A stretch of DNA of 64,000 bases from Candidatus Bathyarchaeota archaeon. GTDB lineage: Archaea > Thermoproteota > Bathyarchaeia > Bathyarchaeales > Bathycorpusculaceae. This document shows positions 36,702-46,478 of the stretch, one piece after another. The notes under the pieces are model-generated. The model ran no database searches. It was not told the DNA's origin and was given only the letters and a program-made list of their open reading frames with translations. Where the stretch lies: positions 256,001 to 320,000 of the forward strand of contig CAVZIW010000001.1 of NCBI GenBank assembly GCA_963775465.1, given 5' to 3'. Both the position numbers and the translations under genes were made by a program. Within the stretch, counting starts at the first letter, position 1. Each line of letters opens with the position of its first letter.

Positions 36702-39350
36702 TTATGGTCGTTTCTTCAGCATCAGCAATGCGAGTACCGCAAAGCCTACGATGATTAAGACAACAATGCCTGCGACTGCGGGAACAAAGTAGAGATCAGC
36801 TGGTGATTGTACTGGAGCATTTGTCGGAGCTGCGGTCGGTGCTGGTTCAGTTACGGTGAAGACTGTTTCTTGGTATGATGGCCAGTATCCGTTGGTTCCT
36901 CCGAAAGCAGCGATAAGGTTGTAGGTTCCAGTTATGTCAGGTGTCCAAACAAGGTTGAAGTTGCCCTTTGTATCTGTTGTCGCTGTGCCAATGTCTCGGT
37001 AGTTGCCGTTTGCGTCAACTACGCTTAAGCCGACTTCGACGCCTTGGAAGTTACTGGGTAAAGGTTGCTGCTGGTAAACGTAGCTCATCCATTCGGTCAT
37101 GCTTGTGTCAGAGGAGACTGGAACGCCGTCTGGGAATCTGGCTGCCTGTTCTGTTTGTTTTGTTCCAGCTGAGAGATCTGTGACCGAGCCTTCAATTACA
37201 ACACTGCCGCCTAATGCTGAACTTTTTGGCCCAGCTTGGACGGTTGTGTAACTTGGTCCTCTTCCAAGAGTGTAGATTTGGTGGTCGTAGCTGTTGAAGA
37301 AGTTGGTGTAACCGTCTGCGATGGCATAGCTTTCACCGAAGAATTCACCAGTGGCGCAAGGTAGAGTCCAGATTTCTGTTCCATCGGTTGCGTTGACTGC
37401 GCGTGTCAGTGCTCCTTTGTAGATTGGTGTTTCGAAAGTGTGCTCAGATGTGACTAAGTAGACTACATCATTTCCGATGGCGTTGATGAATGTTGGGTAT
37501 GGTCCTGGTGCTTGGAAGCCGCTGTATGTGTCGTTGCCTGGGACGCCGCCGTTGCCATATGTCCATAGCACGTTTCCTGTTGCCATGTCATAGCAGTATA
37601 ATATGCCTGAGTAGGCACTGCTGTAACATCGACCGTAAGCTACAACGTTTGAAATGGATCCTGGTCCGTTGCTGCCGTAGTAGTCTAGTGCTGCTTGGGG
37701 TTCAGCTACCTTGATGAGTGCCCCTGTCCGCAGGTTCCAGAAGACAAATTGTTGTGTTTCTCTGTAGGATTCACAGAAGTAGCCTGAAGGATCAAGTCCA
37801 GCGTATGAAATCGTGGTTACGCCATTTGCAGGGTTGGAAACGTCCTTACTCCACAATATTGAACCTATCGTTCCTTTTGAAGCGTTGAGGTTAACAGCAA
37901 AGTAGGTATAGCCCGTATAAGTGGATCCTTCTTGTATGTTGGTTAATGATGGGTATGAGCCGCTTCTGCATAGTAGAATGTCCCCGTATATTGCTCCAAG
38001 TATCGACGGTGATGAGCTCATGTCGTTACGCCAGGGTATTGATTGGTTCTGAGTCGTTGGGTTAAGCCAGTCATACATGAAACTACTGCGTGCAGGTATG
38101 TATGTTCCTGAGCTATCCGTAACTGTCATGAGAGTAAGTGCTCCCATAATTGCTTGACTCCAGAATCTACTAGAGTTCCATTGAGAGAGGTACCAGTCTG
38201 GATTTGAATTAGTGCCGTTGTTGTAGAAAACGTATTTTATCATCTCACCCATTGGTCCGATTACGTTTGTTCCAGAGGGAGGAGAAGACACGTTGAATAC
38301 GTTTTCGCCGGTTGCAGCATCGAATACTCTCCCAAAGTTACTTGTGCAGAGAAATGCTGGTCGAACTCCATGGTAGTCTGGGGTATCCATGTCCTGTATG
38401 TAAGCGAAGGATAGTGCGGGAACGTCGGCTCGTCTCCAAATTTCTTGTCCTGTTACTAGGTCAACACAGACTGTTGGTCCAGCGGCACCGCCGAAAAAGC
38501 CAGCAGAGCCAGTCATTGATAATGGTTCTTGGTAGTAGATTCTTCCATTCACTATTATTGGGTTGACATATCGTTGCGAGTATGCTGTTCCTTCAAACCA
38601 TGTGTCTCCCTGAACATTTGCGAGGTTTCCCCCGACGACTCCTCCGATTTGACCGTCTGGCTTAGTCCACATGATGTGCGCTGTCAGTGAACCAATAGCA
38701 TCCGGTGCAAATTGTCGTTGGTTTGGTACGTTACCACCACCGTAGCCTGGCATTCCGCTTCCGAGCCAATTTGAACTGATCGACCACCACATGCTGTTTT
38801 CTCCGAAGATAGGTCGTGTCCAAAACTCAGTTGGAAGAGGACTTAGAGGCAAGAACGAGATAGGTTCTTGCTGCACTGTCAGTGTTGTCGATGCACTGCT
38901 AGCTGCGTATGTGTCGTTCTCGTATTGAGAATTTGGGAGGTATGAATAATCGTTGACTGCTTGTCCTGGGAAGTTGAAGGTGAGGTTGTAGGTGCCTACT
39001 TGGTCGGGTGTGAAGGATGCAAATTGGTTTGACGTTGTGTCCACGACTGTTTCGTAGGTTTGTGTGGTTTGTTTCCCATCTGGTGCCGTAATTTGGAGTT
39101 GATAGTTGTGGAATCTGTAATCGTTGCCAGTGTTTGTGTCAGCGTAGGTTGGTGTTAGAAATATGTAGATGTATGCTGTTTGGCCGACTCCTATCGGGTT
39201 GGTTGCTGCGTATATATGGGCAAACGTCGGTATTTCCCATGGTGGGGTATGACCATCAGTAGATGGCAACTGCAACATTGAAGCGCTTATAGAGACTATC
39301 AATAGTAATACAAATGCAGATACTATTTTATTCAATTTTCTTTCAAACAT
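36702..39350 (-). CDS. secreted PQQ-like beta-propeller cell-surface protein, paralog 4
   Basis: Same architecture as the other paralogs. Ends YFVPAVAG-TM-LKKRP. Confidence 0.92.
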   Translation of the reverse strand: MFERKLNKIVSAFVLLLIVSISASMLQLPSTDGHTPPWEIPTFAHIYAATNPIGVGQTAYIYIFLTPTYADTNTGNDYRFHNYQLQITAPDGKQTTQTYETVVDTTSNQFASFTPDQVGTYNLTFNFPGQAVNDYSYLPNSQYENDTYAASSASTTLTVQQEPISFLPLSPLPTEFWTRPIFGENSMWWSISSNWLGSGMPGYGGGNVPNQRQFAPDAIGSLTAHIMWTKPDGQIGGVVGGNLANVQGDTWFEGTAYSQRYVNPIIVNGRIYYQEPLSMTGSAGFFGGAAGPTVCVDLVTGQEIWRRADVPALSFAYIQDMDTPDYHGVRPAFLCTSNFGRVFDAATGENVFNVSSPPSGTNVIGPMGEMIKYVFYNNGTNSNPDWYLSQWNSSRFWSQAIMGALTLMTVTDSSGTYIPARSSFMYDWLNPTTQNQSIPWRNDMSSSPSILGAIYGDILLCRSGSYPSLTNIQEGSTYTGYTYFAVNLNASKGTIGSILWSKDVSNPANGVTTISYAGLDPSGYFCESYRETQQFVFWNLRTGALIKVAEPQAALDYYGSNGPGSISNVVAYGRCYSSAYSGILYCYDMATGNVLWTYGNGGVPGNDTYSGFQAPGPYPTFINAIGNDVVYLVTSEHTFETPIYKGALTRAVNATDGTEIWTLPCATGEFFGESYAIADGYTNFFNSYDHQIYTLGRGPSYTTVQAGPKSSALGGSVVIEGSVTDLSAGTKQTEQAARFPDGVPVSSDTSMTEWMSYVYQQQPLPSNFQGVEVGLSVVDANGNYRDIGTATTDTKGNFNLVWTPDITGTYNLIAAFGGTNGYWPSYQETVFTVTEPAPTAAPTNAPVQSPADLYFVPAVAGIVVLIIVGFAVLALLMLKKRP

Positions 39351-39611
39351 TTTTTCTTTCTCATTTGTTTTATATTGGGCAAAAAATCCAATTATTGCCC
39401 AACCAAGTAGCTATTTTCATCACTATTAGTATAAATAATTTTTCAATACCACAATTTATTAACTTAATATCATAGCTATATTAGAATATTAAAAAATAAT
39501 TATGACCTAATAAATCGCATCATAAACAACTTTATCAAAAAATGAACTAAACCCAAAACCAGTGGAAAAGCAGTTTCTTTTGCTAACCGGATCTTCGCTT
39601 ATTCAGAAAAA

Positions 39612-39905
39612 CTAAATTAGGCTTGGAAATTCTGCACTATGCTGAATTAGATAAGCAATTGCCCAAACAAATATCACAATATACGCTACCCAAAGCCAAC
39701 TAGTCACTGGACCGTGCGAATCGCGTATTTCGCCTGCAAAGTCATCTGAGTTGTGCTCGGTTTCTTCTACAGTGAACTCATCAGAACTCCTAACCATTAG
39801 CCACATGAGGATAACACCTGCAGCGACGATGCCCAACGTTATGTATGCATAAGTTGGATCAACCATCACAATGAACGCTGTTAACAGAGCAGTATCAAGA
39901 ATCAT
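39612..39905 (-). CDS. CcoP N-terminal-like membrane subunit of cbb3 oxidase (no heme motif)
   Basis: FAGEIRDSHGPVTSWLWVAYIVIFVWAIAY resembles the CcoP N-terminal DGIxExDNPxPxWW..TM pattern. GGAGGA SD. Confidence 0.7.
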   Translation of the reverse strand: MILDTALLTAFIVMVDPTYAYITLGIVAAGVILMWLMVRSSDEFTVEETEHNSDDFAGEIRDSHGPVTSWLWVAYIVIFVWAIAYLIQHSAEFPSLI

Positions 39906-40053
39906 ATTCTTCGCTATCCTCCACTAAGGGCAAACGTTTCAAATGTTCATTTTCCTCAAACTGACCTGTCTTTAAAGCCCAAAATACGAAGCCTATCGAT
40001 ACGACTGCCATCAGAATAGAACCTATAATGTAGATCAGTATATCTATATTCAA
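39895..40053 (-). CDS. ccoS: cbb3-type oxidase maturation protein CcoS/FixS (52 aa, not in ORF track)
   Basis: MNIDILIYIIGSILMAVVSIGFVFWALKTGQFEENEH..: TM plus the FWAxKxGQFE signature. TTG overlaps the upstream TGA. Confidence 0.85.
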   Translation of the reverse strand: MNIDILIYIIGSILMAVVSIGFVFWALKTGQFEENEHLKRLPLVEDSEEYDS

Positions 40054-41651
40054 AATAATCTCCTCGTCAACATTGATATCGAAACTATTATTCCCATTTT
40101 CGCGAATTCAAGAGTTTTTAAGAGCTTTCGATACTTTTGATCCCAAAGCAATATACCTGCAAAAATAGCCGTTGCCAAAGCAGCAGCAGTACTGGGTACA
40201 AAGCCACTAATTGTTGATCCTTCCATCAAGTCTCTACCGTAAGAATCGCTGTATAGCGGAGCCCATTTAGCGTTATAGTCTTGAGGTGTACTGAAACTCT
40301 GCTCGTAGAATATCACCTGATAGATTTCCTGGTCATTGAGGGACCATTTCCACGGAGGCATGTTCGTGGTTTCAACGCCCTCCCTAACTTTCCATACCCA
40401 TCGTCCGTAATTGGGGAAGTCGGAACCAGACTCTGTGAAGTTCGCAGGTTCTGGTGAGATGTAGCCGCCAGTTGTTTTAATCGAAGCAGGACCATCACCT
40501 TGCCCCCCATCTCCATGACATTGTGCACAGTAAAGAGTGAAAATCGCTTTTCCTTGTTCAAAATCCTGCATTGTTCCTGTTATCGGTGGAGAGTTTAGGA
40601 CATTGTTAGCGAAATTATCTCCCTCTGCATCTGAAATGTCACCTGAAACAGTTCTCACAGAACCTAATACGAAACTCATTTCGTAAATCGCCACTAGACT
40701 AATCTCTGTTTCATTAAGTGACAAACCCCATGTTGGCATTGCCGTGCCTGGCACACCTTCAGTTACTCGCCAAATATGATAATAGTCTCCAGGAAACGTT
40801 GAGATACGCTCATGCAAGTTGGCTGGTTGCGTCACTACATGTCTTGCGTATGGACCTTGAGCGTTACCTGAGCAACCATGACAAGCTAAACAACGTTGAG
40901 TATAATTGGCTTTACCAATTTCAAATATAGTTGCCCATTGTGCTCCCAACGAAGTACTACCATTATAGACATCGTTTTCAGCATCATAACTCACAGCTAC
41001 TTGTTTCATCAAGGGCGCGAAAAGGTTTGAGGCATTTACGAAATTCTCTGGAACATCTGGATGGTAAGAGCTTCCTCCAGTGATTGATAGGTCTACTCCA
41101 AGATCTTTTGAACCCAGGTTCTGAATGTATGCTGTCAAAGCCTCAATCTCGTGATCACTAAGAAAACCAAAATTAGGCATTATCGATCCAGGACTTACAC
41201 TTCTTGGATCTCTATCATGTAAATGATGCCAAATGGTTGGTCTCATTCCGCCGATTTGGGCAAGATCAGGACCTGTTCTCTCAGTACCTAGAGCGTTTGG
41301 GCTATCATAATAGTAGTCTCCGGTTTGCGATACGTTTCCTATGCCCCAGTCGGAAGGTCTTACTTGTTGGGAGTGACAGTAGAAGCAGCCATAACTCATG
41401 AAGAGGCTTCTGCCTTCAGCTTCAAGAGGAGTATACTCGTGAGATCTGTCACTGGGTGGAACATCCAGCAAGAACATGTAAGGCGCAAGTACCACCATGC
41501 TCACCATAAGCAGCATGACTCCTAAACCGCCAGCGGCAATAGGAAAGAGGTTATGTTGATGAGCCTTTTTTTCAATGACTTTGATTTCTCTTTCTACTGC
41601 TCGCTCAAGCCTTTCCAGCTCTTCCTCTATTTTCTTTTCTAGCCTGCTCAT
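40050..41651 (-). CDS. ccoO: cbb3-type cytochrome c oxidase subunit II fused to two extra cytochrome c domains (triheme)
   Basis: GCFYCHSQQVRP, GTERTGPDL and PGSIMP (FixO signature), plus CLACH..AMP and CAQCH..NMP. ATGA overlap with ccoN. Confidence 0.92.
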   Translation of the reverse strand: MSRLEKKIEEELERLERAVEREIKVIEKKAHQHNLFPIAAGGLGVMLLMVSMVVLAPYMFLLDVPPSDRSHEYTPLEAEGRSLFMSYGCFYCHSQQVRPSDWGIGNVSQTGDYYYDSPNALGTERTGPDLAQIGGMRPTIWHHLHDRDPRSVSPGSIMPNFGFLSDHEIEALTAYIQNLGSKDLGVDLSITGGSSYHPDVPENFVNASNLFAPLMKQVAVSYDAENDVYNGSTSLGAQWATIFEIGKANYTQRCLACHGCSGNAQGPYARHVVTQPANLHERISTFPGDYYHIWRVTEGVPGTAMPTWGLSLNETEISLVAIYEMSFVLGSVRTVSGDISDAEGDNFANNVLNSPPITGTMQDFEQGKAIFTLYCAQCHGDGGQGDGPASIKTTGGYISPEPANFTESGSDFPNYGRWVWKVREGVETTNMPPWKWSLNDQEIYQVIFYEQSFSTPQDYNAKWAPLYSDSYGRDLMEGSTISGFVPSTAAALATAIFAGILLWDQKYRKLLKTLEFAKMGIIVSISMLTRRLF

Positions 41652-43075
41652 TTCACTTCGCCTCCATAGTTTTCGACAGTGTTAGGATGCACTAAATGTT
41701 TTGATAAGAATGTGGCAATGATTTCTATGGAAAAAAGAAAAGCTGAAACCACAACCATTCCGCCTCCTATTGCCCTTAAAATGTAGTAAGGTCTTAGCGT
41801 ATCTAATGCTTGAACTACTGTCAAGTGTTGATACCACTGCGAGTTGGCTACAAGTCCTGTGAGCATCATTCCCGCCATGAAAACTATGAAACCCATGAAA
41901 GTGACCCACCAAGTCACGTCCATTAGTTTCTTGCTGTAGAGTTTCTTTCCAGTTATTCGGGGCACTAGCCAGAACATGCAGCCCATGATCGATATTCCAA
42001 AAGCAGCATACAGCGATAAGTGAGAATGCATTACCGGCCATTGCGAAAAATGGAGGTACAAGTTCATGTCACGGAAGGCTTGAAATGTCCCTTGGATGGA
42101 GACGAAAATATAGTTAATAAAACCAAGCATTATGAACCTTAAAGGAACATTTGACCACACAATATTCCAAGCATTCCGAACAGTCATGCCAATGTTTACT
42201 CCAAAAGTCAGAACGGAAAACATCATTAAACCACTAGTAGCGACCGCTATTGTTTTGAGCCACTCTGGAATTGGAGCTTGCAGCAAATGATGCCCTCCCA
42301 CGCCAGTGTAGAAGAAAGCTAAAGCAAAGAAACTGATGTAAGATAATGTCACGCTATAAAGTGCCCGTTTAGTTAGTCTTGGTATGAAATAATACCATAG
42401 ACCAAACCCGAATGGAGTAAACCATAACCCTAAGACGTTGTGTCCATAGAACCAGTTAAATATTCCATCCGTTACGCCAAATAATGCTCCAGTTGGGGGC
42501 CTCCACATTACGTTACCAATGAAATACACTATTGGAAACCAGAGAAAAATAGCTACATAAAACCATAAGCTAACATATAGCTTGGGTTCTTTTCTTTTCA
42601 GAACTGTTCCTAAAACATTTACAAGCATTAAAATTAAGCCAATCATTATCGCAACATCGATAATCCACGGAAATTCTGCGTATTCCCTCGCTTGAGTATC
42701 ACCACTTAAAACCAGGAGCACTCCGGTGATAACTACAAGGTTCCAAAATACAGCTGTGAATTTTCCGATATTGGGCTTATAAAGAGGTGTTTTGCTAAGC
42801 CGAGGAACTATATAGTACATTATACCGATTAAACCAGATGAAAGGAAACCGAAGAGCAGGCCGTTAACGTGTGCCGGACGGATTCTTCCAAACGTATCAA
42901 AAGGCGAATCAACAAGAAATGTTGGTACGAAAAACTTGATTGCCATAATCATACCAATCGTGGTGAAAATGGGGAACCAGACCATAGCGAAATAGAACCA
43001 AAGTTTCGACACGCTATCTGCGTTTTTCAGATCAGTTGTCGTTTCACTAGTAGTTACTGCGTTGTCTTCAGACAA
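41648..43075 (-). CDS. ccoN: cbb3-type (C-family) heme-copper oxygen reductase subunit I
   Basis: FGRIRPAHVN, REYAE, WFYGHN, YTGVGGHHL (helix VII Tyr) and HSHL, giving all six His ligands. ~12 TM. Confidence 0.95.
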   Translation of the reverse strand: MSEDNAVTTSETTTDLKNADSVSKLWFYFAMVWFPIFTTIGMIMAIKFFVPTFLVDSPFDTFGRIRPAHVNGLLFGFLSSGLIGIMYYIVPRLSKTPLYKPNIGKFTAVFWNLVVITGVLLVLSGDTQAREYAEFPWIIDVAIMIGLILMLVNVLGTVLKRKEPKLYVSLWFYVAIFLWFPIVYFIGNVMWRPPTGALFGVTDGIFNWFYGHNVLGLWFTPFGFGLWYYFIPRLTKRALYSVTLSYISFFALAFFYTGVGGHHLLQAPIPEWLKTIAVATSGLMMFSVLTFGVNIGMTVRNAWNIVWSNVPLRFIMLGFINYIFVSIQGTFQAFRDMNLYLHFSQWPVMHSHLSLYAAFGISIMGCMFWLVPRITGKKLYSKKLMDVTWWVTFMGFIVFMAGMMLTGLVANSQWYQHLTVVQALDTLRPYYILRAIGGGMVVVSAFLFSIEIIATFLSKHLVHPNTVENYGGEVK

Positions 43076-43210
43076 GAAATCTCTTCCTGTTCAGTCATTT
43101 CCATTTAGTTTCTTTTTTAATCTTTGTAGTAGTCTAGCGACAACAACAACTCTTTTTTGGTCAATTCTAAGTAGCTCAAGGGTTTTATATTTTAGAAGTT
43201 CAAATACTAA

Positions 43211-43669
43211 GTGGTAGGTGTCATGTCTCTAACCTATTACGAAGTTCATGAGTGGATGGCCCTAGCAAATCTCGTGTCTTTCGTTATCGTGTTAAGTCTG
43301 CTAATCGGGTTAAGTTTTTTTCTACAAAAAAAGAGAAAATTTGTTTGGCACGGTAATGTTATGCTCGTGGTCGTTATGATTGCGGGCTTGCTAACGGTAG
43401 CTCATATGGGACCATCTTTATGGTGGATAGTTGCAGAAGCGTTGAAAAGCTTCGACGTGGTTGCCTTAATAGGCATAGTTCATGGCGCTGTTGGATTAGT
43501 GGCGCTTTCGCTCGGAATTTGGCTTGTAGGTGTCTGGGCGTACATTCAATCTGGAGAGACCCGATACTGTGCTCCAAGAAAAAAGTTAATGCGGAAAATC
43601 ATTATACTTTGGGTAGTGGCTTTAGCGCTTGGAGTGATATATTACCCCTTACATTTAATTTTGGGGTAG
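43211..43669 (+). CDS. four-TM His-containing membrane protein (DUF420/cytochrome b561-like)
   Basis: KRKFVWHGNVM and IVHGAVG pattern typical of DUF420-like proteins found near oxidase genes. Confidence 0.75.
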   Translation: MVGVMSLTYYEVHEWMALANLVSFVIVLSLLIGLSFFLQKKRKFVWHGNVMLVVVMIAGLLTVAHMGPSLWWIVAEALKSFDVVALIGIVHGAVGLVALSLGIWLVGVWAYIQSGETRYCAPRKKLMRKIIILWVVALALGVIYYPLHLILG

Positions 43670-43682
43670 TTGCACCCTTAGC

Positions 43683-45585
43683 TCATGATTCTTGCTTCGA
43701 CGGTCTAAGATCACCTAAGAATTGAACAGATATTCCAACAAGCATTAAGATGACTCCTCCCCAAACCAGATAGATCATTGGATTTTTCTGGATCGTGACT
43801 GTTACTTCTTCGGGGATTTTGCTATTTCCCTCATACGTTTGAACGAGTGCATTGTAAAGCGAATCTGAATACTCTAAGTGTATATACATATCGCCCGCCT
43901 CCGTGGTTATAATGAGAGGTCTAAGTATCAGGCCATAATTGGGGTAAAAGCTGCCTTCTATCACTCCCTTATAAATTCTCTCGGATTGAACAATAGCCAC
44001 ATCTGCTTCAAGGGTGGAGTGTTCAGGTATGACTGCTAGCGCCTGATCATTGTAGATTTTTGCTGAACTGTTGCTAATTCTCATGTTGGACAACGCGATG
44101 GTTTGTTGTGAAGTTTCCATTGGAGTATTGGTTGTCATGTTTATTGTGACTGTGGTTTTAGCTCCTGCACTTATGAAGACTCCAAGCAGCAGAACGATAA
44201 TTGCAATGCTCAGAAGACTTTGTCCAATTAGTTTTGCGGCTTTTCGCCTGATTGAATTGTATAGACCGTAGACGATGGCTGAACACCCCAGAACTAAAAG
44301 AGGAATAGTTAGAGTGGTAAGAATATTTACTTCAAAAAATCCGACTATCGATAGAGCAGCCCCAATCACTAAGGCAGCTATGGCAATTAGCAGAAGGCGT
44401 AAGTAATGGGTCTTAGGATCTAAGTTAAACCCTATCATTGCTGCTACAAAAATCAGCACGAACGGGAACGTCCACAAATTATAGTTAAAGTCTGAAAAAG
44501 CAAGTCCGACTAGACAAACAACTGCGATAAAAATCAACGCCCAAAAACCCAGAAAGGAGGAACGTGAAGTCAAAGATGTTTTGTCAACGTTAAGTTTGAA
44601 GAGAGGCAGCCTCCTCTTCTTCTTAAGATAAAAGAAATAGGCTATCATAACTACCGCAAAACTAAGCATTATCGGACCAACGGCAGAAACGGCATAAGAG
44701 TGAACTGACTGGGTAAATCCTCCGCGAGTTAATGCACTCAAAAAAACCAAGCTGGCGAATGTTATCATGATCATAAATTCTCTGGTTAGGCTAAACTTGC
44801 TCTTTGAAATTCCTCTCACGATGAAATATGCGGTTAAGAAAAGCCACGGCAACAAAGAAGCGGTTTCCACAGGATCCCACGCCCAGTATCCACCCCAGCC
44901 CAAGACTTCGTAAGCCCAAACTCCGCCCAAAGCTATCCCAAGGGTGAGAAGCAGCCAAGCCATGTATGTGGAAGTCTTAAGAAGCTTTGATGAGTCCAAG
45001 TCTTTGCCTTCCATAACACAGGCTAGAGTCAAGGCGTATGCTAAAACCACGAAGGCATAAGCGGAGAAAACTATTGGAGGGTGAATGGCCATCCAAAGTG
45101 ACTGCAACTGAGGGTTAAGCCCTCTGCCCTCAAGAGGGATGCCCTGAAAAGTTTCGAATGGATTTCTCAGCATGCAAACAATAATGAAAACCAAGAGGAT
45201 AAAACCAAACACTTGAGCGGCGTTCACACTAAACTTATCGGCTTTTCTAAGAGATTGAATTCTTAACGCGAAATAGACTGTACTTAAAAGAACAGTTAAA
45301 AAAAGCATAGAGCCCCCTGCTCCAGCCCAACTCGCGTAAATCTTGGAAAAGATAGAGGCACCTGACGAACTATAGGAGAATACCCCAATTATTTGAAAGT
45401 CATTACGAACGAAAGCTTAGCAAAAGCAATGCATAAGCCGTAATTATCAGCCCAAATGCTAAAGTCGTTGCTACAAAACCACTCGTGTTCTTTCGTTTGC
45501 TACCCGATTTCGACGTGACTAAAAATACGGTGTCTAAAAGAACCAATATGGCCGAAGTAAATAACAAGAATATCTCGTAAGCCAT
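43683..45585 (-). CDS. ccmF: cytochrome c biogenesis heme lyase CcmF (one-base frameshift at ~45415)
   Basis: GLNPQLQ, IHPP, WAYEVLGWGGYWAWDPVE (WWD domain), SVHSY. N-terminal NDFQ..SS..YASWAGAGGS is recovered by joining 45403..45585 to the main ORF. Confidence 0.9.
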
Positions 45586-45950
45586 TTTGTATGCAAGAAT
45601 AGTCCTAATCGCAGTTAATATTTAAAGTATGCTGCTAACAAACTAATGCCAAAAACAAATCATTACTTGAAAACAAGTAGACACTTGTTATCTATACTAA
45701 AGTCCTCCTTGTGCCATAGCCCTCCGTTAGACCTAACGATGATCGCCTCTGTTGCAAAACTTGTTTTATCAAAAAGACAATGTTTTCTGCTCTCCAGAAA
45801 ATAGCAGAATATAGGAATATCCTTACTTGAACATCTTTCGACGTTGAAAATTCCGCAGGTATATTCGTCTTCAGCAGCCACATAATTTTACAATAGTCGG
45901 CACTATTGGATAGAATTATATGCTCCATTTGACAGAAGAAATCGTAAAGG

Positions 45951-46478
45951 ATGAAGATGAGAAATTCAAAACTAATAATTTCAGTCACAATTGTCTCTGC
46001 TTTGATTGTTAGTATATTTTTGCTGTATTCAACCTCCAACTACTTCGATGCAATGGGCGCTATAAAAATTGACCTTGTTAAAAGCTATCAAGACTTCGAA
46101 ATAGGCGTACCACAAATTGAACAATTAAACGTAAAAAACCTCGCAAATAGGTCCTGGCAGATAGAGATCTCTGAATTTGACATCTGGGGTAGCGAAGGAC
46201 TTGATCCTTCGGGTGCCACACTAAAATGGAAACTCGAATCCGTTTCTCCAACCTTTGCAACAATTAAAACCTGCGAGCACGAAGGACTCATCGCCTATAA
46301 AGATTATCAAAAAATAGATTTGCCTTCGAACTACGATGGCGTTTTAGCGTTTGAATTGATTTTCAATAACGCTCCTAAAGGAAACTATACGCGTTTACTG
46401 ACCATTAGCATATATGACCCACAAGGCGAAGCTGACGTTTGGCAATGGCAAAGCACAACAAACTTTGCGATTACATAA
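45951..46478 (+). CDS. hypothetical membrane-anchored protein
   Basis: 175 aa with an N-terminal TM/signal segment. Confidence 0.7.
   Translation: MKMRNSKLIISVTIVSALIVSIFLLYSTSNYFDAMGAIKIDLVKSYQDFEIGVPQIEQLNVKNLANRSWQIEISEFDIWGSEGLDPSGATLKWKLESVSPTFATIKTCEHEGLIAYKDYQKIDLPSNYDGVLAFELIFNNAPKGNYTRLLTISIYDPQGEADVWQWQSTTNFAIT

Noticed and set aside
16598-39350. Diversity-generating retroelement acting on the propeller paralogs
   Set aside because: No reverse transcriptase and no template/variable repeat pair differing only at adenines. The paralogs are diverged throughout.
41648-43075. Nitric oxide reductase NorB
   Set aside because: It has GHN rather than HLWVE, retains the helix VII Tyr, and sits with FixO- and FixS-type genes.
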